Part shown: positions 35,300-48,232 of the stretch, in pieces
How positions within the stretch are numbered: the first letter of the stretch is position 1
Layout: the number at the start of each line of letters is the position of its first letter
Assembly: GCF_018977255.1 (NCBI RefSeq)
Contig: NW_024704743.1
Location: 35,776,001 to 35,840,000 of the forward strand
Origin: Callorhinchus milii
Lineage: Eukaryota
DNA: 64,000 nt
Reading direction: 5' to 3'
Translations under genes and position numbers: made by a program
Notes under the pieces: model-generated
Database searches by the model: none
The model's input: the letters and a program-made list of their open reading frames with translations, nothing else
What the model was told of the DNA's origin: nothing

Positions 35300-35985
35300 G
35301 CGATGGGGATCACCGAGCAGAGAGAGAAGGAAGGGGAGTTTGTGGTTGTTTGACCAAAGGCCCAGTCAAAGGGAGAATGTTTTTGAAAGGGTTTTGAAAG
35401 CAGAAGGAGAATGCAAAGCGAGAGGGATTTAGGGAAAGAATTGCAGTACGTAGGACCACTGTGGCTGAAGGCTTGGCTACTGATGCTCGGACTGATAAAC
35501 AACAACAAATTGCATTTATATAATGTAGCGCCTTCCACATCAGGAGGACATCAACGATAACAAAATTACATTTATATAGCACCTGTCATGTCGGAAGAAC
35601 ATCCCAAGGCACAGAAAGCAGTAGACCAATCAATAAAAGGCAGTATCAGTGATTTCCTTTCTCCTACAATCTGCAAGCTTTAATACCAAAGGTTCTACTT
35701 AATTTACTTCATCCTCTCACGGATCCTTTTCAACCTTGGTGGTCTCTGAAATCCTTATCCCAAATTTCCATGTTTCGCCTCTCTTCTTCCCTTGCCCCCT
35801 TCAAGGCCGGTCTCAAGACCCTTCTCTTCGACCGTGCCTTTGGTCTCCCTCCCATCTCTCTGCCTTCCCTCACCCCTACACCACCCCTCCCCCATGCTCG
35901 GGCTCAAAAACCTGACTGGTCAGCGCTTTGGGACATCTTCCCAACATGAAAGGCGCTCTATAAATGTAATTTTGTTGTTGTTGTT
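35300..35985. mobile_element. Cluster of L2 3' fragments in both orientations
   Basis: Antisense tails at 35498-35552 and 35553-35611; sense fragment at about 35730-35985 ending (TTG)n. Confidence 0.7.
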
Positions 35986-37194
35986 CCCACTGACCCCATT
36001 TATAAGTAAACCTTAACCCTGTGTTGTAATACTTAGACTGTAGCAGATATCCTGAATGTGTTCTGAGTGAGTCTGGCGATTCCTCCTACTTTCTCTTTAG
36101 GATTGGTCTCATTTGCTGTCTCCCAGCTGGGACAGGGAACAAAGGAAAGCAGAAGCACTCGTGAGATTCCTCCCATTCCCCCAATTCCTAGAGTTGCCTT
36201 GAAGCAGGCCAGAGAGCAGGTCGCTGTGGGTAGACCCAGAAGAGGAGAAGCAAAATGAGAAGAGAATAGAGAGAGTTCATATCTTAAAAGAAACTTCAAC
36301 CCTGTAGATGAATAAGGTTTGTTAAAGAACTTGCATGAGGGGGAGTTTATGTTGCCTCATATTCTATTTCTTGGCCATGCTGTTGACTGTATTCAGCAGG
36401 AAGCTTGCAGAGAGCTCCTGGTGCCTGCTAACCATCCAGTGAGGGCTCAAACCCATTCTTGTCGGATGTCAGATCATCAACTCGTGCCTATCTTCCTTGG
36501 AGGGGAGGTAAGCGGGGTCTCCTGGAAGCTGAACTGATGACATGTTTGGCAGTGAACTATTGGAATCAAGTCAATTCTCTGTGGTCTCGGTAGCCAGTTC
36601 CTGAGCCAGTCGGGTCCATAGTATTCCAAGGCACTGCTGACGACAGCCCAGCCAGCCTGGCAAATGAAAGCAGGTGGAGGAGCAGACCAGTCACTGGGGG
36701 CAAGTACTCCTCCCATTCAGCTCCCATTAACCCTCCAAACGAAAGCCCTAACGGGTAAGGTGGTGCTAGCTGGACAAACAACAGGAGAGTTTACCAGAAA
36801 GTGTTTTCAATGGTAAGCTATGCAGTTTTAGCTGGTTAGTCTCCAGCAGTACCCCAACCCGCACTCTGGGGTCCCCAAGCATTGGTTCTTGCCAACCTAT
36901 ATCCGATACTTTCCAGGATTAGCTAAGAAGGATGGGTCCCTCCAGGGAGAGAGTGCATTCCATTCCAATGAACATCTCTGGAATGTGTAGGTGGGATGCA
37001 ATGATTTCTCAGTTTGGTTTGGATACTCTTAAGCATGGTGATGGGTGTCACCCATGTTGATCAAACAAAACTCCTATTGTGTGGAGCTAAGCACTGCTTT
37101 CCCTGATCCTGACGTTCTTCATGATTTATGCAGCAGGATTATTTTATTAGCCAGCATTTGCCTGCATGTCTGTAGGTAGGTGTGCGGGTACACC

Positions 37195-37276
37195 TGCGTG
37201 TGTCTGTGTGCGTGTGTCTGTGTGTGTGTGTCTGTGTGTGTTTGTGTCTGTGTGTGTTTGTGTCTGTGTGTGTGTT
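37195..37276. repeat. Imperfect (TG)n microsatellite
   Basis: Directly visible. Confidence 0.9.
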
Positions 37277-38148
37277 CGTTGTTACTCAAATTTTTGCTTA
37301 ATCCTTGCAAGTAATGCAAGCTTCACAAATCTTTCTCTCTCTCCAAAACTTGACAGATTTAAGAAAACTGATGCTATTTTTCTTGTCCTGACACGATAAG
37401 CTGGATTTTTTTACAAATATAGGAATCTTGCAGCAATGAGTCCTGTGTGTGAAATGGATGGACTGAGGCTGTTCCACACACACTATAAGGGTACTGCTAA
37501 TACTGCTTTCCTGTGCTTGCCACATCACTGGGATCAAGCTAATTACAATCCCGAGTGAATAGGAAATGGTTTGGTGTTTCTCCAATAATCTGATTGGGAC
37601 TTAAACTGCTATTAAGATGGTATGATAATAATCAGGTCTGACTGAGTCCGCCTGTAGGGCAGAGCTCCCTTCTACGTAACCCCGCTGTTTAAGCTGTTAG
37701 CTTGCCCTGATAGTACAGCCGACACAGACTGGAGTGTAGCATTCTGTGAATGGACGTTTCACGCACCCAGTTTGCCGCTAGTTTAAGACTTACGTCAGAA
37801 TGTTTTAGAATATTTGCTGAAAATAATGCAAACGTTTGGACTGGCGCCAAACCATGGTGAGGTCTGTGCGATGCTACGTGGGTTTGCTTGCGGTAGACTG
37901 TATCTACACTGTTTGTGTGTGCTGTCTCTGGCCACAGAAAGGCCCATTGCCTTTAGATTTCAGAGGCCTGAAGTTCTTGGAAGAGAACTGCAGAAGAACG
38001 CCTCTCAAATTAACTCTGAACTTAAGAACTTCTGTCCAAACTTTAATATTAGTTCTTCCGGCTAAGACTAATAGGATTTGAGGCCTGTGATTGCCAAGTG
38101 GCCTGACGTTTGCCTGTTTATTTCCACTGTATTTTGCCTTGTTTAATT

Positions 38149-40420
38149 AAGAACATAAGAAATGCTAGATGAAAAAAGTACAAGGTCCATTAGTTCACCT
38201 TCCACCTTCCTGGCGGTCGCATGCACATATGTCCCAAACTACCTATGTACTATATCCCATAATGTTATTTCCTAAAAGAAAACTATCTAATCTGTTTGAA
38301 AGAATCAACATTCCTGTTTCAACCACCTCCCTAGGTTCACTATTCGCTCACTGAAATAGTGTTGCGTAGATTCCTTCTGAATTTACCCCCCTTCAATCGC
38401 AGGCCATGTCCTCTGGTTCTACTATTCCGGAAAACTTGAAACAACAGCTTGTCATGATCTATATTGTCTTGCCCCTTTAGAATCTTAAAGCAATCATGTC
38501 ACCTTTCAATCTTCTCTTTTCCAGCGTGAACATGCCCAATTTACTTAGTCGCTCCTCGTACTCCAATTCTTCCATTCCCTCAATCACTTTGGATGCCATC
38601 CTCTGTATCTTCTCAATTTCTCCAATATCGTTTTTGTACTGTGGCGACCAGAACTGTACACAGTACTCTAAGTATGGTCTCAGCAATGATTTATACAGTG
38701 GGAGGATTACCCCACTATTTTGGCTTGCTATTGATCTTTTGATGCATCCCAACATTTGGTTTGCTTTACTCACTGATACAGAGCATTGTTGGGAGAGCTT
38801 CAATTTATTGTCAATCAGGACCCCCAGGTCCTTTTCATTTTCCATACATATTATTTTCCTTCCATTCAAATAATAGTGCCTTCCAGTATTTCTTGTCCCT
38901 ATGTGAAGTACTTTACATTTCTCCACATTGAATTTCATCTGCCATCGATCTGTCCAATTACCAAGTATGTAACCTATCTTGTTCAGCTTCGCAATCTAAC
39001 TTGGTGTCATCTGCAAACTTAGCCACTGTGCTTGCAACTCCTAGTTCCAGATCATTTATAAAAATATTAAACAAAAGAGGTCCAAAAACAGACCATTGTA
39101 GAACTCCACTGGTAATATCTTCCCAGTTTGATGATATTACCTGTACCACTGCCCTCTGGGTTTTTCTGGTCAACCAATTGCATATCCATTGTAATATACC
39201 TCCACTGATTCCGCTTTCTTTACTTTCAGTACCAGTCTCTCAAGAGGAACTGTATCAAAGGCCTTACTGAAATCCAGATATACAACATCCTCAGCCTTAC
39301 CCTTATCAAGCTCCCTTGTCACACTGTGAAGGAAAACCAATAATGGTTAATAATAGTAATAATAGTGGAGTCCTGTAGCTCAGTGGTTAGAGCACTCGCT
39401 TTGCAAGTGAGAGACCTGAGTTCAATTCCGGGCGAAACCGTGGGCAAGTTTCCTTACTCCACACACCTAATAATAATCCCTCCAAAACCAAAAACAATAA
39501 TAAATTGGTCATTTTCAATCCACAACTGTTTGTGGGACATTGCTGTGCGCAATTGGCTGCCGCGTTCGCCCACAAATATACAGCCAATTCACTTTACACT
39601 GTGTTCTGTGAAGCGCTTTGGGACGTCCTCCCGACGTGAAAAGCGCTATATCAAATGCAAGGATTATTATCATTATTATTATTAATAAATTAGATTGACA
39701 AGACCTTCCCTTGATGAACCCATATTGGCTATCATTTATGATTTTATTTCTGTACAGATATTCCATGATTTTATCCTTAATAAGAGTCTCCATAATTTTA
39801 CCCACAATGGACGTCAAACTTACTAGTCTGTAGTTTCCTGGGTCACCTTTTGTTACCTTTCTGAAAAACAGGAGTAACATCAGTTCTTTCTCCAGTTCCC
39901 GGCAACTCTCCAGTATTCAGTGATTTTTGAAAGGTTTGTGCCAGCGTTTCTGCGACTTCCTCCCTTAGTTCCTAAAGGATCCTCGGATGCAATTTATCCA
40001 GCCCCTGAGATTTATTTACCTTAAGTTTAAACAGCTGTTTGACCACCATGCTGGTAGAGATATGAATAGTGTGACAACTTTTCTCTGGACATCCTTGAGT
40101 TCTCTTTCCAGATCAGATGGGTTACCCATCTCCTCTTTGGTAAAGATTGATGCAAAAAACTCATTTAGCATTATTAGTCTGTGCAGCATTATTTGTCATG
40201 TTGTCTCCTGAACCCATCTTCAGGGGCCTATTCCATTGTTTGTTTTTCTTCTACTCTTAATGTAACAAAAAAACTTTTTGTTATTATCCTTCACATCTCT
40301 TGCCATGTTCAATTCAAAGCTTTTCTTTGCCATTCTGATGCCTTTTTTTGCAGTCCAGGCATGCCTTCTGGTATTAAGTCTGACTTATTTCCTTACGATG
40401 ACTTGTTTCCTCTGTCTTAA
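38149..40420 (-). mobile_element. 5'-truncated CR1 LINE (ORF2 RT), frameshifted and interrupted by a SINE
   Basis: GNYRLVSLTSIVGKIME, QYGFIKGRSCQSNL, TSGVLQWSVFGPLLFNIFIND, KFADDTK, MKFNVEKCKVLHIG and LLRPYLEYCVQFWSP. 3' tail ttcttatgttctt. Confidence 0.95.
39365..39683 (+). mobile_element. Full-length young tRNA-Ala-like SINE inserted in the CR1
   Basis: Matches 19209-19540; CR1 sequence resumes on both sides. Confidence 0.93.
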
Positions 40421-40436
40421 ACCCACTCCCTTGAAT

Positions 40437-40606
40437 CCACTTCAATCCATGACTGTTTGTGGGACATTGTTGTGCACAATTGGCTGCTGCATTTCACCCA
40501 CAAAATACACAGTCACTTTACTTTACAATATATTCTGTGTAGCGCTTTGAGATGTCTCAAGGACGTGATAAGGTGTTATATCAAATGCAAGGATTATATT
40601 ATTATT
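40437..40606 (+). mobile_element. SINE 3' module
   Basis: ttcaatccatgactgtttgtgggacatt...atcaaatgcaaggattat. Confidence 0.85.
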
Positions 40607-41224
40607 GTTCACTGACAAAGACAACTGAAAGTTAATCTGCCTCTTACTCCAACTCTGCCACTGCCATTCTCTGTGGTCAATGGCTCACCTGAGCCAACCC
40701 AACATCAGAAACCTGTTGTTGGTATATAAGGTCACCTCGTAACCCTATATGATGATGCACTTTTTAAAATTAATTCCACTTTGGCTTATAAAGAGGGAGT
40801 GTGGTTGGTGGGATCACTCCTTCACAGCACTGCCCAAAATTTTGTTTCTTCTTGTTATTGAGGTATACAATAACGTGGTTTTAGGCTTGCGTGTGCTTGT
40901 GTCAGATACCCGGCTTACTGAAAAAAAGGTATAATTGTCTGTCTTCGCCTCTCTCTGACTTGGGTTGTGTGTATGTGTGTGTTTTTCTCTCTCACACTCA
41001 CACATGTGTATATTGTAGTAATATTTGCTTACAGGCCCCCCTAACAAAAATAATTAAACAGATTGACACCAGAGCCGTTATACACTAGACCCAATGAGAC
41101 AAAAGGGAACAGAGTTCCTGCAGCTGTTCTCACACAGCAAGTCTTGATGTCAGACAGCCATGTTAGAGCTTGGTGCCAAAGGTGAGGGAGGGAAACTGAA
41201 GAAGACCAGTTCACTTGGCCGATC

Positions 41225-42420
41225 TCACAAATGATCTCTAAACGTTCCAAAGAGCTTCATTGAGAATTGTTGTGAATTGCAGTGACTTTGTATTTTGTGG
41301 GCAAATACAGCAGCCAATTTGCATACCACAATGTCCCTCAAACAGTCATGAAATGAATGACCAGGATATGTGGAGGATTGGTGTTCAGGACATCGGGAGA
41401 ATATATAATAATCCTTGCATTTGATATAGCACCTTATCATGTCTTCGAGATGTTTCAAAGCTTTACAGTATATTCAAAGAATATACTGTAAAGTGAATTG
41501 ACTGTATATTTTGTGGGCAAAATGCAGCAGCCAATTGGGCACAACAGTATCCCACAAACAATCTTGGATTGAGTGATCAAATTATTTTTATTTATTTTGG
41601 AAGGAATTATAATAATAATAATAATCCTTGCATTTGATATAGCGCTTTTTACGACTTCTAGATGCCTCAGAGTGCTTCACAGAATAGACTGTAAAGTGAA
41701 TTGACTGTATATTTGGGGGCAAAATGCGGCAGCGAATTGCGCACAGCAGTGTCCCACAAACAGTTGTGGATTGAAATGACCAATTTATTATTGTTTTTTT
41801 TGAGGATTATTATAATAATAATAATAATAATCCTTGCATTTGATATAGCGCTTTTCACGTCGGGAGGACGTTCCAAAGCGCTTCACAGAATATACTGTAA
41901 AGTGAATTGACTGTATATTTGTGGGCGAACGCGGCAGCCAATTGCGCACAGCAATGTCCCACAAACAGTCGTAGATTGAAAATGACCAATTTATTATTGT
42001 TTTTTTTTGGAGGGATTATTATCAGGCGTGTTGAGTAAGGAAACTTGCCCAAGGTTTCACCCTGCCTGGGAATCGAACCCAGGTGTCTTGCTTGCAAAGC
42101 AAATGCTCTAACCACTGAGCTACAGGACTCCCCTGGACTCCCCCTTATTACCCCAGGAAAACTCCCTCCGGGGATAAACTCCTTTCTCGTTTCAAATAGT
42201 GCCATGAAATCTTTAAACAATTACCTGAAGGGTAGATGGGATTCGGTTTATTATCTCATCCACAAAACGGCACCTTTGACAATGGAACATTTCCTCCTCT
42301 ACCCCAGCTCTTCATTGGAGTTTGAGCCTAGACTATGAGCTCCAAGTACCGACATGGGCCTTGGACCCACAATCTTCTGTGCCAAAGATGAGGGTGCCAG
42401 CAACTGAGCCAAGCTGACGC
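41225..42420 (-). mobile_element. Nested SINE cluster: an older Deu-SINE (41225-41400 plus 42168-42420) split by three tandem younger units (41405-41610, 41611-41810, 41811-42131)
   Basis: The halves rejoin as ...ggacatcgggaga|aactcctttctc...tcaaatagtgccatg. Only the last young unit has a tRNA head. Confidence 0.85.
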
Positions 42421-42635
42421 CCAAGTCAGCTAAGTTAGCACAATCCCGATCATCAGCACTGAATTTCTGATCTATACAGTTCAGTTCCACGCTGAGTGTT
42501 GCATTCATCCCCCAAACCTTCAGGGAGTTCCTGTATTACCTGGTTTGAGTGATCGGCTCCATGGTAAGAGGGTTGGTAATGTTTTCATGCACTGGGCGCG
42601 ATGCTGAAAATAACCGACTGCGTTGCTTGTTTCAG

Positions 42636-43189
42636 GTGAGAGACCCTACAAATGCTTGACCTGCGAGAGGACCTTCACCCTGAAGCACAGCCTTGTCCGA
42701 CATCAGCGCATCCACCAGAAGGGGGAGAAGGCGGCGAAACGTCACGGGAACGAGAACAACCCGGATCAGTGCAAGGGAGACAATGACAGCGAGAGCGACA
42801 TCGACCAAGCAGACTCTACCCAACTCTCGGAGAATGAAAGCGAAACCCTGACCAGTGTTTGCCTCAGTAACGACTCTCCCCCGGCTCTCAGCCCAGCCGG
42901 CAGCTCCTCAGTTACCACAGGCAGCCAGTCTCCCAACCAGACGGCAGGCAAAGCGACAAATCCCGAGACCGGCTTCCACCTTACGGGAGCGGTCAACGGG
43001 GTGCGGCAAGGAACCTTCCTCATCCAGGGCGTCAGCCAGGAATCCGGGAAGAGCTCCGAAAAGATGCTGGAGGATCCCACGGGCCCCTCGGACATCATTC
43101 AGAACCTGCTGGGCATCCGCAGCGTGTCGCCAATGAACCACGTTCTCAGCTCGGTGGAATCAGCGCCCCGCTTGCTGGGAGTGGAGTAA
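42636..43189 (+). CDS. RREB1: RREB1 last coding exon (final finger, C-terminus, TAA stop)
   Basis: gtttcAG|GTGAGAGACCC. Translates GERPYKCLTCERTFTLKHSLVRHQRIH...IIQNLLGI...APRLLGVE*. Confidence 0.96.
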
Positions 43190-45050
43190 TCTCACTCACA
43201 TTACATTTGCTCAAGTTGCTGACAAGTTGGGCCACAGTACTTTCAAAATCTGACGGACGTACACTCTAAATACACCAGACAGGGCACGGAGGTCACCGAG
43301 GCTAGAGTTATTATTTTTCTCCTCTTTCCACCCTCTCCTCCCAGTAAATCTTGATGCTTTTGCTCTGGTGCTATCGGGGAGCCTTAACAGACACTGGGAG
43401 CGAGAAGAACCCAGTGTAATTAAATGGACTGTCTTTTGTATCTTCCAAGTGCCTTACTACCTGACTGATCCGCACCTTGAACCGCTGATCCAAGGGGTCA
43501 CAAAACTTTGTCGCGAATCAGTACATTTCAGCCCGTTGAGAACAACCTTGGGATCGGAATCCCCTCGTGTTGCGTTTTTGTTTTTGAAAGCTGGAAAATA
43601 ACATGGGAAAAGGATCACGTGGCATCCTAACTCACTTGGCGGGCTGTGCTTGTACTTTTAATGAGAAGCTGAACTACTGTACTAAGTCTTCCACGAAAGC
43701 CTTATAATGATCACACTGACTGACAATCTTTTGGAGAGGGGGAGGGGGGAGATTTTACTCCATTATGAAACAAACATAGGGACAAAATAGCAATTCTATG
43801 ATTTGTTTTTTATAGCTTTGCATTTGCGGTGGACGTGACAGTGCCATCTTGTATTTCTTTTGTAAATTTGGTCTTTAAAGATGGGCTTTTTTCCCAACCG
43901 AGGTGGAACTCACTGCTCGCCATCCATCTGCGAAAAGCTGGGGGTGACTTTTGAAAAATCCTTTTCGTTTTTCTTTTTCCACAATAAAAGGCGTAATGGG
44001 CTGTTTCTGCTGAAAATGAGAAAATGGGACTAAAAAGGTAAAATTAATTAGGAGAAAGCGAAGATGTGTTTTGTTATAAAGTTGTTATAAAGTTTATATC
44101 CGTATAAAATTCAGTGCAAATAAAATTTTAAAATTATTTCTGCTCTCAATGGTTTAACACCCAGCGACTCGGGACAGGAGCCATTAATCAACTATATAAG
44201 TGCAGAGCCGTGTGGCAAAAAAAGTTTAAAAAAAAGTGTTTGCAGCATTAAGCTGGACAATGTACTAGCAATAATCACTATTGATCTAAAGCTTTATTTA
44301 GTATATGTCTGTACCAGCAATATTAGTTATATGGGCCTTGCCACATTTTATTGATATTTTTATTAGAGGAGTTTTTTGCGTCTTGACTGAGGAATTTATT
44401 TTGTTTTCTTTTTCAAAACTGTGAAAAGGAGAAATTCATTTTGTGTTGAATTAAGGGTGAATCTTAGGTTAGTGTTGCATGTTGGACTAATTTGTCTATC
44501 AGTTTTTTTGTTTGTAATTCTGACACTCTTTCTCAGGGCTTTTTAAAAATGCATCTACTAAAATCCCTTTCTAGTTTCAAATTTCCTCCGTTTTAAAGGA
44601 CTTGAAGCTGATATAATTCAATCACTACATGAAGCACTTGACTGTGAAAGAAAATGTCTAATTGGTTTACAACTTGTTCAAAACGAATCAAATTTAAAAA
44701 AGCAGTCAATTTTCACATGCGCCACAATTTAAAGCTTTTATCAGAGGTTTTGCGAATTTATGTCTATTTTCAAGAAGGAAAACTTTTCGGGGTGTTGGAA
44801 ATGGAAGAAATATTAATAAACAAAAAAGAAATGCGAGCCAGAAAGCATTAAGAAAAATAAAAATTCAGAATCCATATTTTTTTGTAAAGGGAACCTTTAC
44901 TGCTGCTACGTTTTATGTATACATTTGGTTTATGCCACATGAACAGAGAGAATCACATGGAGTTTTGGTACTTACTTCCAATGCAAAATTTTTTAAAGCT
45001 GTTCTGTATCAAACCATCTAAGCAATAAAATGTTATACTTGAGCTGCTTC
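43190..45050 (+). other. RREB1: Probable RREB1 3'UTR
   Basis: AT/U-rich stretch with no obvious transposon after the stop codon, containing several AATAAA. Repeats resume at about 45180. The exact end is inferred. Confidence 0.65.
45024..45029 (+). terminator. Candidate distal polyadenylation signal of RREB1
   Basis: AATAAA with upstream TGTA elements and a downstream T-rich tract. A proximal AATAAA at 43983 is an alternative. Confidence 0.55.
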
Positions 45051-45179
45051 ATTTTTTTAAAATTCTGTTTATTAAAATCACTTTTATTCAAAGGTGATGC
45101 CTCGCTCTTACACTCTTGCTTCGCCACTGTTAAGCGCTCCGAGGCAATGCACATTAATACAAGTTTTTGTTGCTTAGAG

Positions 45180-45400
45180 TGGCACTCAGCTACACTGACC
45201 CAGAGTACCAGGTTTAGTCCTCAGTCTGTACTGAGTTTGCTGATCTCAGCAGGGTTAATACAAATGGTCTCAATGCCCCTGAGGTAAGGAAAATGAAAAT
45301 TAGCCAGTATCCCCACTCCTGATCCCTATCCAGAGAACAGTACATGAGCATGTGTATATGTATGAGCACAATAGGTGTGTTTGGTTGGGATACCACTATG
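45180..45400 (+). mobile_element. Ancient SINE-like repeat (possibly AmnSINE2-like)
   Basis: ccaggtttagtcctcagtctgtactgagtttgctgatctcagc..cctgatccctatccag; related to 20422-20970 and 49690-49935. The family name is from recall. Confidence 0.5.
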
Positions 45401-47499
45401 GTCCATTAATCCGCCAGAACATAGGAGTACAGAATGTCTACTTGGAGGAGTTAACAGAGGACACCCAGTGCTCGTGGTACACCACCAAGAGTCAGAATTT
45501 ATTCTCTGGAGAGAAGGGGGGAAGGGAACACGAGAAAAGATACAGTCATGAAGAAATGAGAAGGACATAGCCACACTTCCTTAAAACGTTGCCGTTTCCC
45601 TGTCCCTGCACCCCCCTCCCGGAATAATGTTCTGATGGTACTGTTAACTAGATCACCGTAAATGTTAACAAGATCACAAGTAAATTTCCCCAAACTGTCA
45701 GGCCTTGACCCAATAAAATAAATATTGTATCTTGTCTGCTTGTAGACCTTTTATCAGTTCTTATTTGCCAGTGTGGCTAATGGCAAGGATCAGGAGTTGC
45801 TTGCTTCACATGAATTCCCTCTCTTCCCCCTCCCCCACTTCCCTTTTGTTTTCTCAGTTCAGAATACTGTTAGGATAACGCAGCAGAAAAAGCACGACTC
45901 TATTCATTCTGTGTGTGCAACGATCATTAACCCATCAGACCTTGGGGATTTCTCTTTGGTTTGCAATTGCGTTTTTTTTCTTGATCTGCAAAAAGAAAGC
46001 ATGTCTTTTAACCTTTTTTTTGTGAAACTTCTCGCTTTCACACTCAGCAGGGTGGATATTTTTCCATCGCTATATCTGTAGGTCAACTATGAACAATAGA
46101 GCTTGAATGTGCATGGTAAGTACACATGCCAACAAACAATTTATTTTAATACAATACAGTCTACACTTACATAGCACCTTTCATGGGTCTCAAAGCATCC
46201 CAAGTATTAAAATTGCTTTCTGTTTCACATAGGTTACAGCAAGATTGAGTAATGAGAATGGTGTTGGGGGAATAAAATGAGAAAGGAAAGCTTTGCTTGT
46301 GTGGATCATGTATTCATTCTATCCTGCCACCCATGTAATGTTGATGTTGGTATGATGAGTCAGTGTGTGTACACTAGTGTACATTTTTCACCCCAGCATG
46401 TCTATGGAGTTCTTTACTGGGGATTGTCTAAACTCAATTATGTGGCAATCAGGTTATCTTTCTGGACTGTGCCTTTTTATACCAACAGTACCACATCGCC
46501 CAATGCAGGCAGATAACATCCTTTATCCTCTATTCTTTATCTTTAGCCTCATGGCATAGATGTACGCCCTTATCAATAGCACAGTTAGCATGGAATAGAC
46601 CATGATTATCTGCATATGTTGAAAGGGTCATGTGGCTAACCCCCCAAACCCATGCTTCAGGACACTACGTTTATGATGCTACACAATGTATTGTGTGTAT
46701 GGGTATTCTTGTGTCCTGTTATGGTCTGCCAGTTGTGCAATGGGACCACGTTATCAAACTATAGCCCTAATGCCTTCATAATCAACCTGCAGTTCATCAT
46801 CTTAGTTCAGTCTCTGTGATCAAATACCGCATTAGAGGCAAGTGACTGAGGTTTCTTTCATTCATTATAAAAAGATATTGTGCATCACAAGCCATTTAAA
46901 CTGATTGAATATTAAGATGAATAGGCTGTGAGGTTATAATGCGGCTGGCAGTACCTCCAGATAATTGTACTGGTGACACTCGAGACTAGGAGAAAGTGAG
47001 CAATGCCACAGGTTTGCTGTCTCTCCAATTGTGGATCTGCATCTCTGCAAATGAATCAGCCTGTGTCCCAGGAATGCAAGTGGCTAACATACACCTGAAA
47101 ATGTCCATAGAATCACTCTAAAACTTAGAAATGAACTGTTAATTGTTAGTGAAAAGTCAGGGCCAATTTTTACAACCACATTTCTACTCACAGCTACAGT
47201 ACATATAGCAGTAGTAATAGTAAATGGTCTCCAGACACAGCCAGAGGTAGAGTGGTTCTAGACACAATAGAGATAGAGTAGTTTTAAATACAAAAGACCC
47301 TCAAGTCCAGTATGTGTTAAAACACATTTGAAATATTGTTTTCGGAGAACAGCATGTACAAGGAAGTGAAAATAACTAGAAGGAGGAATTAACAACAACA
47401 AATTGCATTTATAAGCACCTTTCACATCGGGAGGATGTCCCAACATGCTGAATAAGAATGAAGGAAAAGAGTTTTGTGGCAATTTTTTTTACTGCATAA

Positions 47500-47890
47500 T
47501 TAAATAATAGTAATAATAATCTTTGTATTTGATACAGCGCTTTTCACATCAAGAGGATGTCTCAAAGTGCTTCACAAGATATACTGTAAAGTGCAGTGAC
47601 TGTGTATTTTGCAGGTGAACACAGCAGTCAATTTGCACACAAACAGCCATGAAGTGAATGACCAAATTCTTTTACTCTGCGTAATTGTTGGCCAGGACAT
47701 CTGGAGAAACTAGTTTTTGAATAGTGCCACTGGATCTTTAACATCCAACTGAACAGAGAGAAAGGACCTCAATTTAACATCCATTTCAACAATGCAGTGC
47801 TTTTTCAGAAGTGTCAGAAAATACTAATGAGTTCAAAGTGCCAATGTGGGGCTTGAGTGCTACCGGCTGAATTAGCCAGGCTGACACTTG
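47500..47890 (-). mobile_element. Deu-domain SINE, antisense
   Basis: (aat)n ctttgtatttgatacagcgc..ttggccaggaca..aatagtgccactggatctttaacatcc. Confidence 0.78.
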
Positions 47891-48067
47891 ATGAAGATAG
47901 TTTTCTCAAGTAGAAGAAAGAAGGTAGGGGAGGAAATTCTAACCTATACTGTGTTAATAAAGCTATTTCAGATCACAAATGTTACCCCTATTTTAACACT
48001 AGAGCAGTAGTTTTAACCTAACAGCTACTGGTGCATTGAGTTTCTTCTTTCAACCAGGGTTCTGTGC

Positions 48068-48232
48068 AAATAATAATCTTTGCATTTGATATGGAGCCTC
48101 ATCACCTCATTGAGACGTCTCAAAGCACTTCACAGCATACACTGAAAGTAGACTGTGTGTTTTGTGGGCGAAACGTGGCAGACAGTTTGCACCCAGCAAT
48201 GTCCCACAAACAGCCATGGAATGAGTGACTGA
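48068..48232 (-). mobile_element. SINE 3' module, antisense
   Basis: aataataatctttgcatttgata..cagcaatgtcccacaaacagccatgg. Confidence 0.78.

Noticed and set aside
34933..35538. 201-aa minus-strand ORF and two TTAGGGTTAGGG doublets
   Set aside because: The ORF crosses L2 debris; two-unit telomeric matches are too short to call an interstitial telomere.
39365..39685. Recurrent ~100-aa ORFs (…CLWDTAVRNWLPR…YIKCKDYYYY)
   Set aside because: Translations of the same SINE consensus; no evidence of coding.
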